Origin: Lytechinus pictus
Taxonomy: Eukaryota
NCBI RefSeq assembly: GCF_037042905.1
Contig: NC_087252.1
Coordinates: forward strand, 23,934,001-23,998,000
Length of the DNA: 64,000 bases
Direction of reading: 5' to 3'
This document shows, one piece after another, positions 13,401 through 28,400 of the stretch. The translations under genes and the position numbers were made by a program. The notes under the pieces were generated by a model. It saw only the letters and a list, made by a program, of their open reading frames with translations. It was not told the origin of the DNA and searched no databases. Every line of letters starts with the position of its first letter. Position 1 is the stretch's first letter.

Positions 13401-16400
13401 GTATGGAAGCTGGACTGGGTCATGGAATTGGCCACCAAAGAAATCAGACATGTCAGTAATGCCCAGGTACCAAGGTGCCAGATTACAATTGAGGTCCAAC
13501 AACTATATTGTATGCGTTCTTCACTATTGTCGTTCAAAACCTAAGAGTTCACCTTAGTGACCACGATCACAGATGGAACGAAAGGCAGAGACAGACATTA
13601 AGACAAAGACACTTTCCTGTCTTACCTGTTCCAAATACAGGAAGGGGGTTTCCCAAAGGACCAATCCAGCGAGGTTCAGTCAGGTCGGTCATACCAATAA
13701 TCTCACAAACCACCGTCAGATCATCACCAATTACAGGCATGTCACTGATGCTTGGTGTAAAACGGATTGTCACAGGTTTCCTGACATCTGAAGAATGAAC
13801 AATCAATGAATTTCAATCAGTCTCGCAAAAATCAGGTTGTCTTTAAAAAATACAAACAAAAAAGTAGATAACAATACAAAGTTCATCATCAGCCGAAAAC
13901 ATAAAGTATTAGTCATAGCACGTTGTGATTTAATGTACATGTACACATTATTCACATTTAGTTGAATGTCAAGGAAAGAAACCCTTTCAGACGAATGAAA
14001 TTAAATTTTCATGAAATCTTGTTAATAGTAGCAAGGTATTATGTGAACAGAAAAACTTTGATTAAAAGAATGTATTATATTTACAAACTTTTGCTGTTGT
14101 GATAACAAAGTAAATGTATGTTTCAAAGAACAGTTGAACAGTGAAATCAAAACACACATGTAAATTATTGTCAAGATTTCTTCTGGATGAACTGAGGAGA
14201 AAGTCATTTAACCAATATAGATTAATGTCATAAATGTAATGTTATGTGACCTGTTAGGCACGAGTTTGTTAAGCATGTGTCTCGATGTTAGCTGGAACCT
14301 AGTAGGTTCGTTTTAGAGAAGCAAATAAATACACTTCCAAACATCGGTCTCTCTTATCAGAATAAATTCTGCAGTACTGCAGTGTGGTGTTATCAGACTT
14401 CCTTTCGCACGTTTTCATCAGCATTTTCATCACCATAAATTGGTAGAGCATAATGAAAAACCTCAAAAAAGAAACTTAATAGATATTGGATCATGGTGGC
14501 CCATGGAATGTCCAATGAAAACCTAATGTATCACATTAAAATCAGCATAAATTGGCCTGTCATGACCATTTAAAACCCGACCAATTTACGTAATATTTTG
14601 ATAGGTAGTTATTCACCAAACCACATGTTGGCATCCGCAAACCGATTCCCTTCAAATTTTGATTATCATTTTTTTTATCAATCTCTGCTTTGATATGGCA
14701 TTTAAAAAAATGTTGAAATGTCCTCCCACCCCAAAAAAAAGTGACGTCATCGCTTCATCACTCCATTGAACGTGACAAGAGGGTTCATTGAGACCCTCCA
14801 CCTTGCCACATCAGAACGGAACTTTACTTACTCTCACAGAATTGGCCCTCATAGTCTGGGCTGCACTCACAATCTCCGTTCACACACGATCCTCCGTTAA
14901 TACAGGCAGGCATGCACTCTGTAGGAAGCAAAAATTAAAAGCAAAGCCCGCCCTCATACATGTAGCTTAGTACAGTTAACAGAAGCGTAAAGTTAAGCAT
15001 CACTTGCATTAGTAACATAAGGAAGAATCAACTGACTATGATTACAATATCACTAACACAGAAATAAACTTCAATTGACTCAATTCAAATTATTAAAGTC
15101 AGTAATCATCAACACATTTCATTAATAATTGCAAGTGTAACCATTATACAAAAAAAGGACAATTTTTTTGACATGTTCATGTCAATGTTGATTAAGTTTT
15201 CAAATATACATGAATGTAAACATTAGATCTATAATCAAATCAATATCAAAAGTAGGTTAATAAGCATTATCAAACAAAATTTAAAAAAAGTATCTTTCAT
15301 AGTGAGTAGATCTTAGATGAGTTAGGTTATGAAGCATTATAATTAAAAGCAATCATTATAAAGAGATTATTGATATCATTCAAAACCTTGTATACTATAT
15401 GTAGCTGAGGACAATGACAGCTGAAATAGACATATATTTAGAAGAACAAGATTCATTATAAAACTGTATTTCTCCCAACTGTATTAATCACGCAAATAAA
15501 AATAGCGCTTCAGTCAATATAATTAGCCAAATAAATTTCATTAAAAGACAGATTTGCAAATATTTCTCTCAAAAATACATGTATATGATTTATGTTGACA
15601 GTTTCGTATTTATTATTTCCTTATCATTATGTTCTACATCCATTACTTAACCTGTTGACTACTTATATCTTTATTTCCCATAGGCTTTGTACAGGAGTTC
15701 CTCGGTTCCAGTAGGCAATGGGTTAATACAGTGATTTCTGTTAATGACATTATGAAAATTCCAGGATAATGATATCACAAAACAGATATTTCATATGTGT
15801 GTAATATTTTATCTCAACGTGAAAATATTCTCCAAATTTAAAAAGACACGTTTGGATTAATCCCAATTTGAGATGAATTTTTATTTTATTAGAAGACCAG
15901 ATGCAGCACTTCAAAATGACTAGTGTTACATAGAATGCCTTCATTATGAGCATGTTTGAGGATTAAAGCATCAGTCTGAACGTGCCATCAATTTACTCAC
16001 ACTGCTGCATGCATACATACCTCTGTGTTCACACTGATAGCCAGTGTATCCTGGAGCACACAGACAAATGCCATCTGAACATGACCCTCCATTTTGACAC
16101 TCTGGTATACAGGGCATTTCTGAATGAAAGACACAATACAAATGCAGTACATACCCTCATGGTGTGAAAAACTGATTTGAAGAAGAGATTGGTATGTGAT
16201 ATTTATCAACAACTGTTGAATATTTATATTATATTGGATGGCTCAGAATGGAATACCAGAAATATTCCAAGAGTTCGGGAAAATATTCCACAAATCGCAG
16301 ATGAGTGGAATATTGGCCCTAACGAGTGGAATATTTCTGCTATTTCATGAAATAAAGCCATCCAATATAATTATTATCATCTACACAACCCCCCCCCCCC

Positions 16401-19400
16401 CAAAAAAAAAAAGAAGAGGGAGAAATTTGATTAAACAAGTCATATCACTTATCACATTATGGCATCATCACTTAAGGATCAATTTTGGTCATTGACATGC
16501 GACTTGGATGTAGTTCATTATGACGTCATGGAGCAAAGTTGTGCTCTATGCTGCGCATCGCATTGCTTTCATTGCTGTACGCATATTTCACGCATTCGCG
16601 CATGCTCTCTAAACTGTTGAATAAGCTCTCATATTCAATAGCAAATTGTATACAGGAGCCTATGGGATATTCGTCGGATTTCGGTCATGTCAAGAGATAC
16701 GCTCTGATACTGCACGGGCAATTGATGCAGACCAAAATAAGCGTTTTTAATGCATCACTATAACACTCTATATAGATGATAATGATGCTTATTGGCTGAG
16801 GGCAAATTAGTCAGTAACATTCACTGACAAGACTCTTCATGAAATGCACGTCTGGGCCCCGTCTTACAAAGAGTTACAATTGATCCGATCAACCACAACT
16901 ATGGATGGCCAGCAAAGTCAAGATCTAAAGGGCATGTTTGTTCAAAATATACTCTAGATGTGATGTACAATCATACATTCATTGTTTTCTTTAAAATTCA
17001 GTGTGCTACTCTTAGTTTACAAAGGACATTATGAAAATTTCCTGGAGAAAAAATTATGACACTGTTGGATTTCCATATAGTTTAAGATGATCAGATGAAT
17101 CGTAACTCTTTGCAAGACAGGGCCCTGGATTACACTTAACCTAGATGAAACATTCATTAGCATGGGATAATCATCACAAAAGGGGAATAGTCATTATATC
17201 TTAACCACTTTCAATGGCATTTTCATGGACTGTGTGTAAATTAAGTATAGATGTATGGGGCAAATTTAATTATATTTTGATTTAAAAATCTGTAATCATA
17301 ACTTCAAAATCAATGACATAGAAATCTAAAAATACAAGTCCAAAAATTTAATGGAGGTTAACACTTAGCTGGGGAAAGTAATTTGTGCTCATTTATCAAA
17401 ATAAACTCCAATAAAATGAATGATCAGTAAATTACATGGCCCATGAATCAAGTTCATAAAATTCAGGGAAAAATAAGGCGTGACTGTATGAACTTACTGT
17501 AAAAGATTACAGTGAGTGTGTTTGTGTATGATCCAATAACACAGGTATAGATGCCAGAGTCTCCTCTCTCCACCATTCGGATGTTGAGTTGTGTTGCACT
17601 TGGGGATAAAGCCCTAGAGTTGATGTGAGAAGCATCACCTATAGAAGATTGAAAAATACTAGCATCAAATTATATTTCTTTAATTTCATTTTTGCTTAAT
17701 AAATACAGACGAAACTGCCTTAGTTGAATTTCTTGAAACCACAGAAATCTGTTGGATTACTAGCACATTAAACCTGATCATTCAATACATAGAAGTACCT
17801 TGTATAACCCCTTTTCCCTTTGGTTTAAGCCAGACTGGTCTCTGGAAACCTTGAGAGTTGTTTATCTCACAGAAGAGGTTTAGATCTGCACCCATGGGGT
17901 GTTACCGGAAGATTGTTACCCTATCTCTGTGATATATCTTACCCTGTATAACACGTTCTCCATTTGGTTTGAGCCAGACTGGTCTCTGGAAACCTTGAGG
18001 GTTGTCTATCTCACAGAAGAGGTTTAGATCTGCACCCATGGGATGTTACCCTAAGAATGTAACCCTATATCTGTGATACATCTTACCCTGTATAACACGT
18101 TCTCCATTTGGTTTGAACCAGACTGGTCTCTGAAAACCTTGAGGGTTGTCTAGCTCTCAGATGAGGTTCAAATCTGCACCCATTCGATGTTACCTGAAGA
18201 ATGTTACCATATCTCTATGATATTTCTAGCCTTGTATAACACATTCTCTGTTAGGTTTGAGCCACACTAGTCTCTGAAAACCTTGAGGGTTGTCTATCTC
18301 TCAAAAAAGTTAAAATCTGCACCAATTGAATGTTACCCTAAGACTGTTAACATATCTCTGTGATATATCTTACCCTGTATAACACGTTCTCCATTTGGTT
18401 TGAGCCAGACTGGTCTCTGGAAACCTTGAGGGTTGTCTATCTCACAGATGAGCTGTAGATCCGTACCAACAGGAGGAAGCCTAGGAACATGTGGAGTGAT
18501 GCTGATCTGGATACCTTCATCAACGTACCCTGTAATTGCAAGAAACAACAAATACACATTATCAAAACGGTTGTGGCCCAGTGGATTAGTCCCCGGACTT
18601 TGAAACAGAGGGGCGTGGGTTCGAATCCCAGCCATGGCGTAATTTCCTTCAGCAAGAAACTGATCCACAATGTGCTGCACTCAACCCAGGTGAGGTAAAT
18701 GGGTACCGGTAGGAAGTAATTCCTTAAGAAGCTGTGTGCGCTTTGAACGCCTAGCTTAGCCGGGTAATAAAGGAGCACCTTGAGCACCTAACAAGGTGGA
18801 TATGTGCGCAATATAAATACCCTATCTTATTATTATTATTATTATTTCCGAAGTTGAATATATTATCTGTTTAACCCTAACTAGGCCGGGCTTTTTTGGC
18901 TGTTCTGTGGCTGGGGGGGGGTTGATTCAACCCCCCCCCTGAGATCTCGGCCGCCGATCGCGCGAGCGCCGCAAAAATTTGCACGCTGGTAGTGTGCGAT
19001 GTAATCTACAAGGCTGTATGGTAAAATTTTCCAAAATAATGAGATTTTATTTTATATGAATTAATTATGCTAATTTATGCATAAATCATACTTTTTGCTC
19101 TAATTCACTAAATAAAGTTCCTAGAATGCTAATTTTTGGTAAAAATACTCTTTGTAGCATTCTTAACAATGGCAATTGAAAAAAACCTTGGTTTGGAAAT
19201 CAATTTCTTATGTATTTCATTGTTTTTCAACCTTTTGTTTTTCTTTGTTTTTTTTCCAGATTTATTGCACAACCTTTTTGAAGCATAATTATCCTAAAAT
19301 CAATTGCTTTCAGCTCTTTTAAGTAAAAATAATCATATCTTTATGAATAAGATGAGAAAACTCAATTTGCATTGACTTTGTACACAAAATCACGTTTTGG

Positions 19401-22400
19401 AACAATTTTTGGTCTGACATGCACTTACAAAATGTTGCGTAATTTCGGAACCGCGTACCCGGGCGTCGTAAATTTGGTCTCAAAAGATGCGCAAGACTTA
19501 AAAGTATAAACTCTGCGAGTGGCGCGGTCAAAAAATTTCGCGCGGCGGAATGATCGCAGAAAATGTTGAGGGGGGGGTTGATTCAACCCCCCCCCCGGCC
19601 ATTTTAGGGTTAAGGTAAGTGATGTTTTCTGATAAAAGATACATCCAAAATAAGTCATATTTCTCTTTTTAGTGCCATCATATTTAAGAATTTGAATGGA
19701 GTGGTATGGTTTTGTTGCTTGTTTTGTTGTGTGCTGTTTGGGATCTGGAAAGATCAAGGTCTAGTGGTTCTTGCTCTTGCCTTTCAATCAGAGGGTCCTG
19801 GATTTGAATCCCAGCCATGGCATTTAGTTCCATCAGCACAGAATTTATTTACATTGCATTGCCCTTGATCCAAGTGAGGTAAATGAGCACCTGGCAAGAA
19901 TATTAATTCCTGTAAATACTTATGCATCAGGGGATCGTTTCATCAACATTTTTGTCTGACAAGTTTTCAGATCTGACAACTTTCCTTGATTCAGACTGGC
20001 TGTTACTATGGTATTTGTAAGATAAAACAGGATTTGTCAGAGAAAACGACCGACAAATCCTTCATGAGACACTCCGCTGGATGATGCCAGGGGAGTCTTT
20101 CATGAAAGGACTTGTCGGACGTTTTATCCGACAAGTCCTGTTTTATCCGACAGTTACCATAGTAGCAGTGCCTCACAGCCAATCAAGGAAAGATGTCAGA
20201 TCTGACAACTTGTCGGACAAAAATCTTGATGAAACGCTCCCCTGGACTACAGCCAGGGTAATATTGAAAATAATCATCACAGGCAATCTCCAGAGTATAC
20301 ACATATATGTTGGGCATGTGGATTTGATTTTGTACTTAGTACCGGCAAGGATTTTTTAGTGGTAGAAGGTTCCGCTGGGCACCAACAGCTATAATGGAAA
20401 CACCGATGAGGAAATACTCTTTAACATAATAACTTACTCCTGTTTTGGCAGAATGAGCCATCAAATTCTGGGTGACAGATGCACTGGCCATTGCTACAGG
20501 TTCCTCCATTTGCACAGGGGAAATCGCATTCGGTAACTGCAAGAAATGAATTTGAAAAGCTTGCAATTTGAAAACATCCACAATATTTATGTGAACGGCT
20601 TTTAAGCATAATCTAAGTGTGTACTATGGTTTATAATAGGTACCAGCATATAGTATCGCACTGATAGACTCGTGACAAGGGGATAAGTTTTTCAATACAT
20701 GTCCAAGTCATCATCAACATCTAGAAAAAATAGTAATTTGTGCCATCTAGCATGGCCCTAAAAATTTAAATTTGAGAAAAGTGAATTTACAGAATGGTAT
20801 GCTAGTAGAGCAGTTTCATAACAGAAGTGGTTACTCTGTGTAAATAACACATTATTATTACTCATGTTTGTACTACATTTAATATCCAAGCAAAGACTTC
20901 ATCCTGATTATCCAAGCAATACACAAACACATACCATATATAATAGTGACATCAAATTATTCAGGAGAAAATACTCATCAGGATATATCTTAAAGGTGTA
21001 CATTCATGACAAGAACTTCCATTAAATTGTCAATGTTTGAGATGAACAGATATTTTACCCATAGTAAAAAGAAAAAAGTTAGAAGTACTTACTCTGGAAT
21101 TCACAAGCCAATCCTCCAAATCCTTCAGTGCACATACACATGCCCATACTGCATAGACCGTTATTCTCACATCTTGGGACACACTCCGCTTCTAAAAAAA
21201 AATATAAAAATAGAGATATATATATATAAATATGAGTGATAAATCAATTTCTTCAATGTAAGATATGCACACTTTATTATTATTTTATCACAATTACTCT
21301 CAATACTTACATTAATGTATACTGTGGTTTTCCTATTCGGCCCAAGGTGCTCACTATAAATTGTGAACAATTATGCAATCTTTTAACTGCAAATACTGTC
21401 CAATGTTGAGTAAACAGTCATCCCAGTATATTGAAGCTAACATATTGAACGATCAACACCATATAAGACTATTTTGTTGCTGTATACTACACACAGAATG
21501 AATGAAAGCAAAGGATACTTATCAGTATACAAATTACCACAAATAAAACTTTACAACAGCTGTATGGCTTGACAGAAAAAGCAGGAAAATTAAAAGACAA
21601 GTGGAATGCCTCTGGCCGTCTCACCTGCATCACGCGATTCAATATAGCAGCAGTGCTGATTTTGAAAACTACTATAACTCGCACAAGATGTTCAGTGATA
21701 CTTGGTTACTCTTATTTCCACGTTTTATGAACTAGACCAATACACTTATAGAGATATGATGGCAATTCAACAAATACCCCCAACGTGGCCAAAGTTCTTT
21801 GACCTTACATGACCTTTGACCTTGATCATGTGACCTGAAACTCGCACAGGATGTTCAGTGATACTTGATTACTATTATGTCCAAGTTTTATGAACTAGAC
21901 CAACACACTTTCAAATTTATGGCTGTAATTCAACAAATACCCCAATTTGGCCAAAGTTCATTGACCCTAAATGACCTTTGACCTTGATCATGTGACCTGA
22001 AACTTGCACAGGATGTTCAGTAATACTTGATTACTATTATGTCCAAGTTTCATGAATCAGATCCATAAACTTTCAAAGTTATGATGGTAATTCAACAGAT
22101 ACCCCCAATTCGGCCAAAGTTCATTGACCCTAAATGACCTTTGACCTTGGTCATGTGATGTGAAACTCATGCAGGATGTTCAGTGATACTTGATTAACCT
22201 TATGTGTAAGTTTCATGAACTAGGTCCATATATTTTCTAAGTTATGATGACATTTCAAAAACTTAACCTTAGGTTAAGATTTTGATGTTGATTCCCCCAA
22301 CATGGTCTAAGTTCATTGACCCTAAATGACCTTTGACCTTGGTCATGTGACATGAAACTCAGGCAGGATGTTCAGTAATACTTGACTAACCTTATGGCCA

Positions 22401-25400
22401 AGTTTCATGAACTAGGTCCATATACTTTCTAAGTTATGCTGTCATTTCAAAAACTTAACCTCAGGTTAAGATTTGGTGTTGACGCCGCCGCCGCCGCCGC
22501 CGTCGCCGTCGGAAAAGCGGCGCCTATAGTCTCACTCTGCTATGCAGGTGAGACAAAAACTGATACAATCAAGACTGAATTAATTTATGCATATGTACAT
22601 ACAAAGAATGATTTGAAAAATGTTCTGCATTGGTTGTGGTTGTAAACAAATATTTAAAAATAGTAATGAAAATAAATACTGTGGGGATGAAACATAATAC
22701 AAAATTAAACAATTATATATTTATCTGTAAACTGGTCATACAGTATATAAATTTACAATATAAAAGTAGAATATGAATATTATTGCATTGCAGGTTGGTC
22801 TTTACCCCGTATAGTGATGTCAAACTCATTGTCATATTCTCCAACTGTACACGTGTAGATGCCAGAGTCTGTCTCTATAATGTTGTTTATGACCAATGTT
22901 GTTGTCATCGCTGATTCCTCCTCAACACTCAAGTGTCTGCTGCCACCTAAAAAATAAAAAATAAAATAAAAATAGTATGTTTTATTATTTTATTTTTTAA
23001 GATAAGAGGAAAATTGATTCATTGTGCATCAAAGAACACTGCCTATTCTATTATTAGACAGAAGAATGTAATATTGGGATAGCGGGTTATTTGCAGCCTC
23101 ATTTGTCACCATTTTTCCTCAAATTGGGCAAAAGCTTTTTTTTCTTTTATCGCTGCCTTTTCCTATAAATACATATTTTGAATTTAGCATGGCAAACAGT
23201 ATTTTTTTTTACTATTTTACCATTTTAATGATATAAGGATTTAAAGATAAGTTGATTTCAACATTGTGAACATTGAACTAATGGTAAAGATGACATTGAG
23301 ATTGATACTGTCAATGCTCAATTCTTTGATCGTTCATAATAATAATAATAATAATAATAGCCAATTTTTATAGAGCGCTTTTCCCAGAATGGCTCAAAGC
23401 GCGTTACAGCATATTATTACCCCGGTCATTGGATTCATTTCAATCCCGCACGAAAAGTGCACAATTTCCACTCCCTGGGGAGTATTCCTTGCATTCATCG
23501 CAGCCTCATTATGGCGCTGGCAAAATCAAACATACAATATCTTTCGCATCCTACCGGGTACCCATTTAGCACCTGGGTCGAGAGTGGCAAAGTGTGGATT
23601 AACGCCTTGCCAAAGGACGCTAGACCGCGGTGGGATTCGAACACACGACCCTCTGTTTACAAGGCAAGAGTCAGAACCACTACACCACGGCTCATCCACT
23701 TCATGCTATTGTTTCATGACTCAACATAGAAAAATCTTCCAAAAGCACAAAATCTGGCCAATCTATCCTAAACAGAGAAATATATCTGAAAGAATGCTGT
23801 AAACTCAATTTACCCTGGTCAAGTCGCCTGATTAGTTCTCCGCCAGGGTTTATCCAAGTCGGTTGCTGGTTTCCTGCCTCACCAATGTAAGTACATGAGA
23901 GCCTCACATTGTCACCAACACTCGGAGGTTCAAAGGTCACCGTATTGATGGTAATCTCAAAGTTATTCCCAACTATTGACAAAGAAAACAACAATATATG
24001 GTAATTCATAAATGAGTAATTCTATTAAAACTTGAATGTATACGTAAGTTAGAAATGCATGTGTCTATTTATAAAGGATACACAGAAAAGGTCTGTATAT
24101 TATGAAATAATCCATTTTCTTGGTAAAAGCTGCCTTAATATTGATACTATACACATACCTATGGATAAAATATGAATTCAAAGATTTATACTTCATAATG
24201 CATAAATAAAAACTATTATCTTTCATGTCATTAAATATGACATCATATTTTATCATTTAGTGATAAATGGCAGTCTTATATTCAGAGGCGGACCGTGACC
24301 TGGAGGAGACAATGATTGGAGGGGCACTGTATTGTTTGTGGACAATGTTGTGCCTCTCCAATGCTTTGTCTCCTCCGGGTCACAGTCCGCCACTGCTTAT
24401 ATTCACACATATGGTTGTCATAAATGAAAAGAAAAATATGTTTCCAACATTGCAAATCTAACCTCTTGTTTGGCAGTATTCTCCAGTGAAGAATGTCGCA
24501 CAATGGCAACGCCCACCATAGCAATGTCCATTATTCTGACAGGGGAGGTTGCAGGGCTGAGGGACTACATCAAGTGAAAAATAGTCAAGAGAGAGAGAGT
24601 AAGGTGAGTGATTAGATAACATCTCACCATTTCTGTTCATGAGTATAACATGACAAGTTCTGAAAAGAGGGATTGGTGTTACTTGCTTCCCTCAAGGACA
24701 TCAACAATACAGACTTGCACCATTGAAAGTAAAAGGATGGAAATCATGCAGGGTCTAAACAGATGTTGCAATGATTTGAATATTTTAATTGAATGAAAGC
24801 CAATTCATAACCTCTTTACAAAGACAGGTCACCAGCTGTAAGAGTTTTCAGACTCCTCTTTGATTTATTATGATAACCCTTTTTATAGATATATTTTCAC
24901 CAGGACAAGATAAAAATGATTCAAATTCAGATTTTCTTCTGCAATACTTAAAACCTATGTTTATTCCGTACATACAATCAATGTGGACACAGTTGACTCA
25001 ACAATTGATGGGGAATGGAAGAGAATGAAAAAGGGGAGGAATAGGAAAGGAAATGGGAAGAGAGGGGAAGAAGAGGGGAGAAGGAGGGGAGGAAGATCAT
25101 AATATTACCATTGGAGCATTTCATGAAACAAATAATCAGCAATTACCCCTTACATCTGTTACAAGCTATCAAAATCCTTCAATCTGATTGGCTCAAACAA
25201 CTTAGCCAGTGAAAATTACTATTTACTTCGTGAAACATTCCCCCATTAACATAGATGTGAACACCTCATGCCCTTACCTTCTTCCTGGCAGATGATTCCA
25301 AGGTACTGCTCAGTACAGATACACACACCCTCCACACAAGTGCCTCCATTAAGACAGGAAGGTACGCATTCATTATCTATAGTGGATATCAACAATACAA

Positions 25401-28400
25401 TAATGTAATATGCATTAGTTTGCAATTCAAAAGAGTTATCAGTCATCTTGCACATCAAATCTCCATTTTTCTTGAGGTTAATTCCCTCCACGCAGGTGCC
25501 TCCATTAAGACAGGTTGGTACATATTCATTATCCATAGTGGATATCAACAATACAATAATGTTACATGCAATATTTGGCAATTCAATAGAGTTATCAGCC
25601 ATTTTGCACATCAAATCCCCATTTTTCTTGAGGTTAATTCCCTCCACGCCGGCGCCTCCATTAAGACAGGCAGATACACATTCATTGTCTATAGAGCAGG
25701 GGTTCTCAAACTTTTTCTTTGAAGGGCCAGATGAGACTCCTTGTAAACCTGAAAGGGCCAGGGTGAAGTGGATACTTAGAAAAGAATGTGCGCGAAGCAC
25801 AAAAACCCTTGCGGTCGTGGTCCTAGATGCTCCCTTGTGCAATATGGCCCTTATTTTGGGAGCATTTAATCCAAACGCAGGTAAAATTAGAAAAGATTTC
25901 AAAATACAGCGAGATTCAATATAAATGATAACAAAATTGTAGTACTTTGTTAAAAGGAATCTAGATTGTATCTATACATACCTGGTATTGGGGTCACAGA
26001 TAATGTCTTGAAGTATCAATGTTTTTGTAGTCAAAGTAGAAGGAATAATAGAGCATGTCTGTTGTAGACTCTAACAAGGATAGTCTCCTAGTCACTTTCA
26101 ATATGGGGAAAGTGACAGTCTGTCAGCAACAAGTTGCTTGAACCTTGGCACAAAAGGTGTAATTGCCAGACGAAGGCACTGGTGCAAATGTTCACTGGTC
26201 AAGCAGGGGCGGGGGGGGGGGCCCACTTTTTTCCAAAACCATGTAAAAAAAACGTAAAAATGACCATATGATTGTGATTTTTTGCATGGCCAACCCCCCT
26301 CACTTTGAAAACCATTCCGCGGCCCTAAGCCTGTCAAGGTACAACTAATAAGAAAGTAGATCGAACATACAGAAAAGACTCCACTAAACTTTTTATTTGA
26401 CTACCATTATACGGTTAGGTCTACATGGATACACAAAGTAATCATATTGAGCTATGTTTCATAGTGTGACTTAAAAGTGATTAAAAAACCCAGAGTCTCG
26501 CGGGCCGGATTGAGAAGCTCCGTGGGCCGGATCCGGACCGCGGGCCGTAGTTTGAGAACCCCTGCTATAGAGGATATCAACAATACAATAATGTTATATG
26601 CACTAGTTTGCAATTCAATAGAGTTATCAGCCATCTTGCACATCAAATCCCCATTTTTCTTGAAGTTTATTTCCCTTCATGTCGTGACATTTAAGAATAT
26701 TAAACCTTTTCATTTGAAGCAAAACACAGGTATGAATAATTTCAGGAAGGGCTCACACATAGGGGGTTGGATGTAAATACTCTATAGAAAAAGCCCTACT
26801 ATAACTAGTCCAATTATAACAATAATGATAATACTTATAAGAACAAAACTGGTTATAATAATAGTAATAAAAATAACTGTAGTAGACATAATTAAATATC
26901 AATCATAATGATGGTAGCCCTCATCGCAATATCATGTTTTCAAATTCTCAAACCATTGGTGACATTAATTAATTTATCAAAACATCATCAATTACTTAAT
27001 TAATTCACATGAAGTTGACACCTTAATAAAACCAGCAAAGAAAAACTTCTTTAAAAAAGCAATATCTACTTCCACAAAACATGATTCATTAGCATTATTA
27101 CTCACCTATTTGACAATTTTCATATCTTTTGTTGAAACTAGATGGCAAAAATTGTATATTTTTCACAAAATACAAAAGATAGAAAGAACGAACACAGGAA
27201 TGCGACGGAATATACTTACATTCTATAGTAATGGTGATAGTCTGTGTACTCATGTCAACCTCACATGTATACAGGCCTTCATCCGACGCCTGGATTCCTC
27301 TTATATGAAGGGCTGTGGAACCTGGTCCGACAAACTCAGTGAAGACATGGCTTGAGGCACCTGGGGACATTTCACGAAGAGTTAAATATGATTACATGCT
27401 TGAATGCCAACAGACACATGATATTTCACACATAATCTCAGTGAAGAATATAAAGAAGAGGACTTCTCATATATGTGATCTAACCAATGGGGTAATGGGT
27501 TTTAGCCTTTTGTGAAACACCCACGGGAAGTAATAAAATGACTGTATATAGATCAGGACTAGTAAATAGAGATTCATTCACTGGTGATATAGAGCCTAAC
27601 TAAATATTTTTCCCTTGTTATTTCATTTGATTAAAAATGATATGCTAATATCTGTTTCTTTTGTTGTAGATTTATTTCAATATTTCCCATTTGAATTTCT
27701 TCATACATCATTTACTTGTATATTCTTTTAAAATGGAAAATACATAAAATGAACAAAAAATGCTATACATAGTTGTCTATCTTCAATCTCTGAGAAAATT
27801 AAGAACTATTGAAAAAATAGCAAGAGACAGATGATAGATGTACAATATATAGCCTACTGTTTAAATCACATCCTTGCAATATAGTCCAGTCAATATAGGG
27901 TTTGACCCACCACTAATTGCAACACGAGATATTCCACTGCAATGCTTTCAAGGAAGGTCCCCTAAACAACATACTAAAAGTCCCAAGAAATCCAAGCAGT
28001 GGAAATTTATAAAAATTTGCATATTATGCAAATTAGCCATAAAAAGTTAGAAAAATAAGGAAAATAGCCCAAAGATTACAAATTGAGAGTCCAAAACAAT
28101 TTCATTTTGAGCGAAAATTCATGATAAATAACTGTATTCAACGTTTTTTGTCAAAAGTGCAAAAAAATCTACCTCATTTGCATAATATGCAAATAAGCAT
28201 CCTTATATGGAAAAATGTCAAAGTATTGTGATTTTTCTCTCATTAACTGCTAGGAAATTTCATTAATATTGAAATTTACATGCTACTATCACTAAGGACG
28301 TTGAATTCATTTGTATTCAGCTTAGTTTCTGTAGTGTAATTTGCATATTATGCAAATAAAAGTATCTAACATGTTATAAATATTCAAGAAAACACACTGG

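Noticed and set aside
21680..22440. Regularly spaced repeats resembling a CRISPR array
   Set aside because: Whole ~163-bp units repeat with no unique spacers, they lie inside a duplicated transposon, and the context is eukaryotic.
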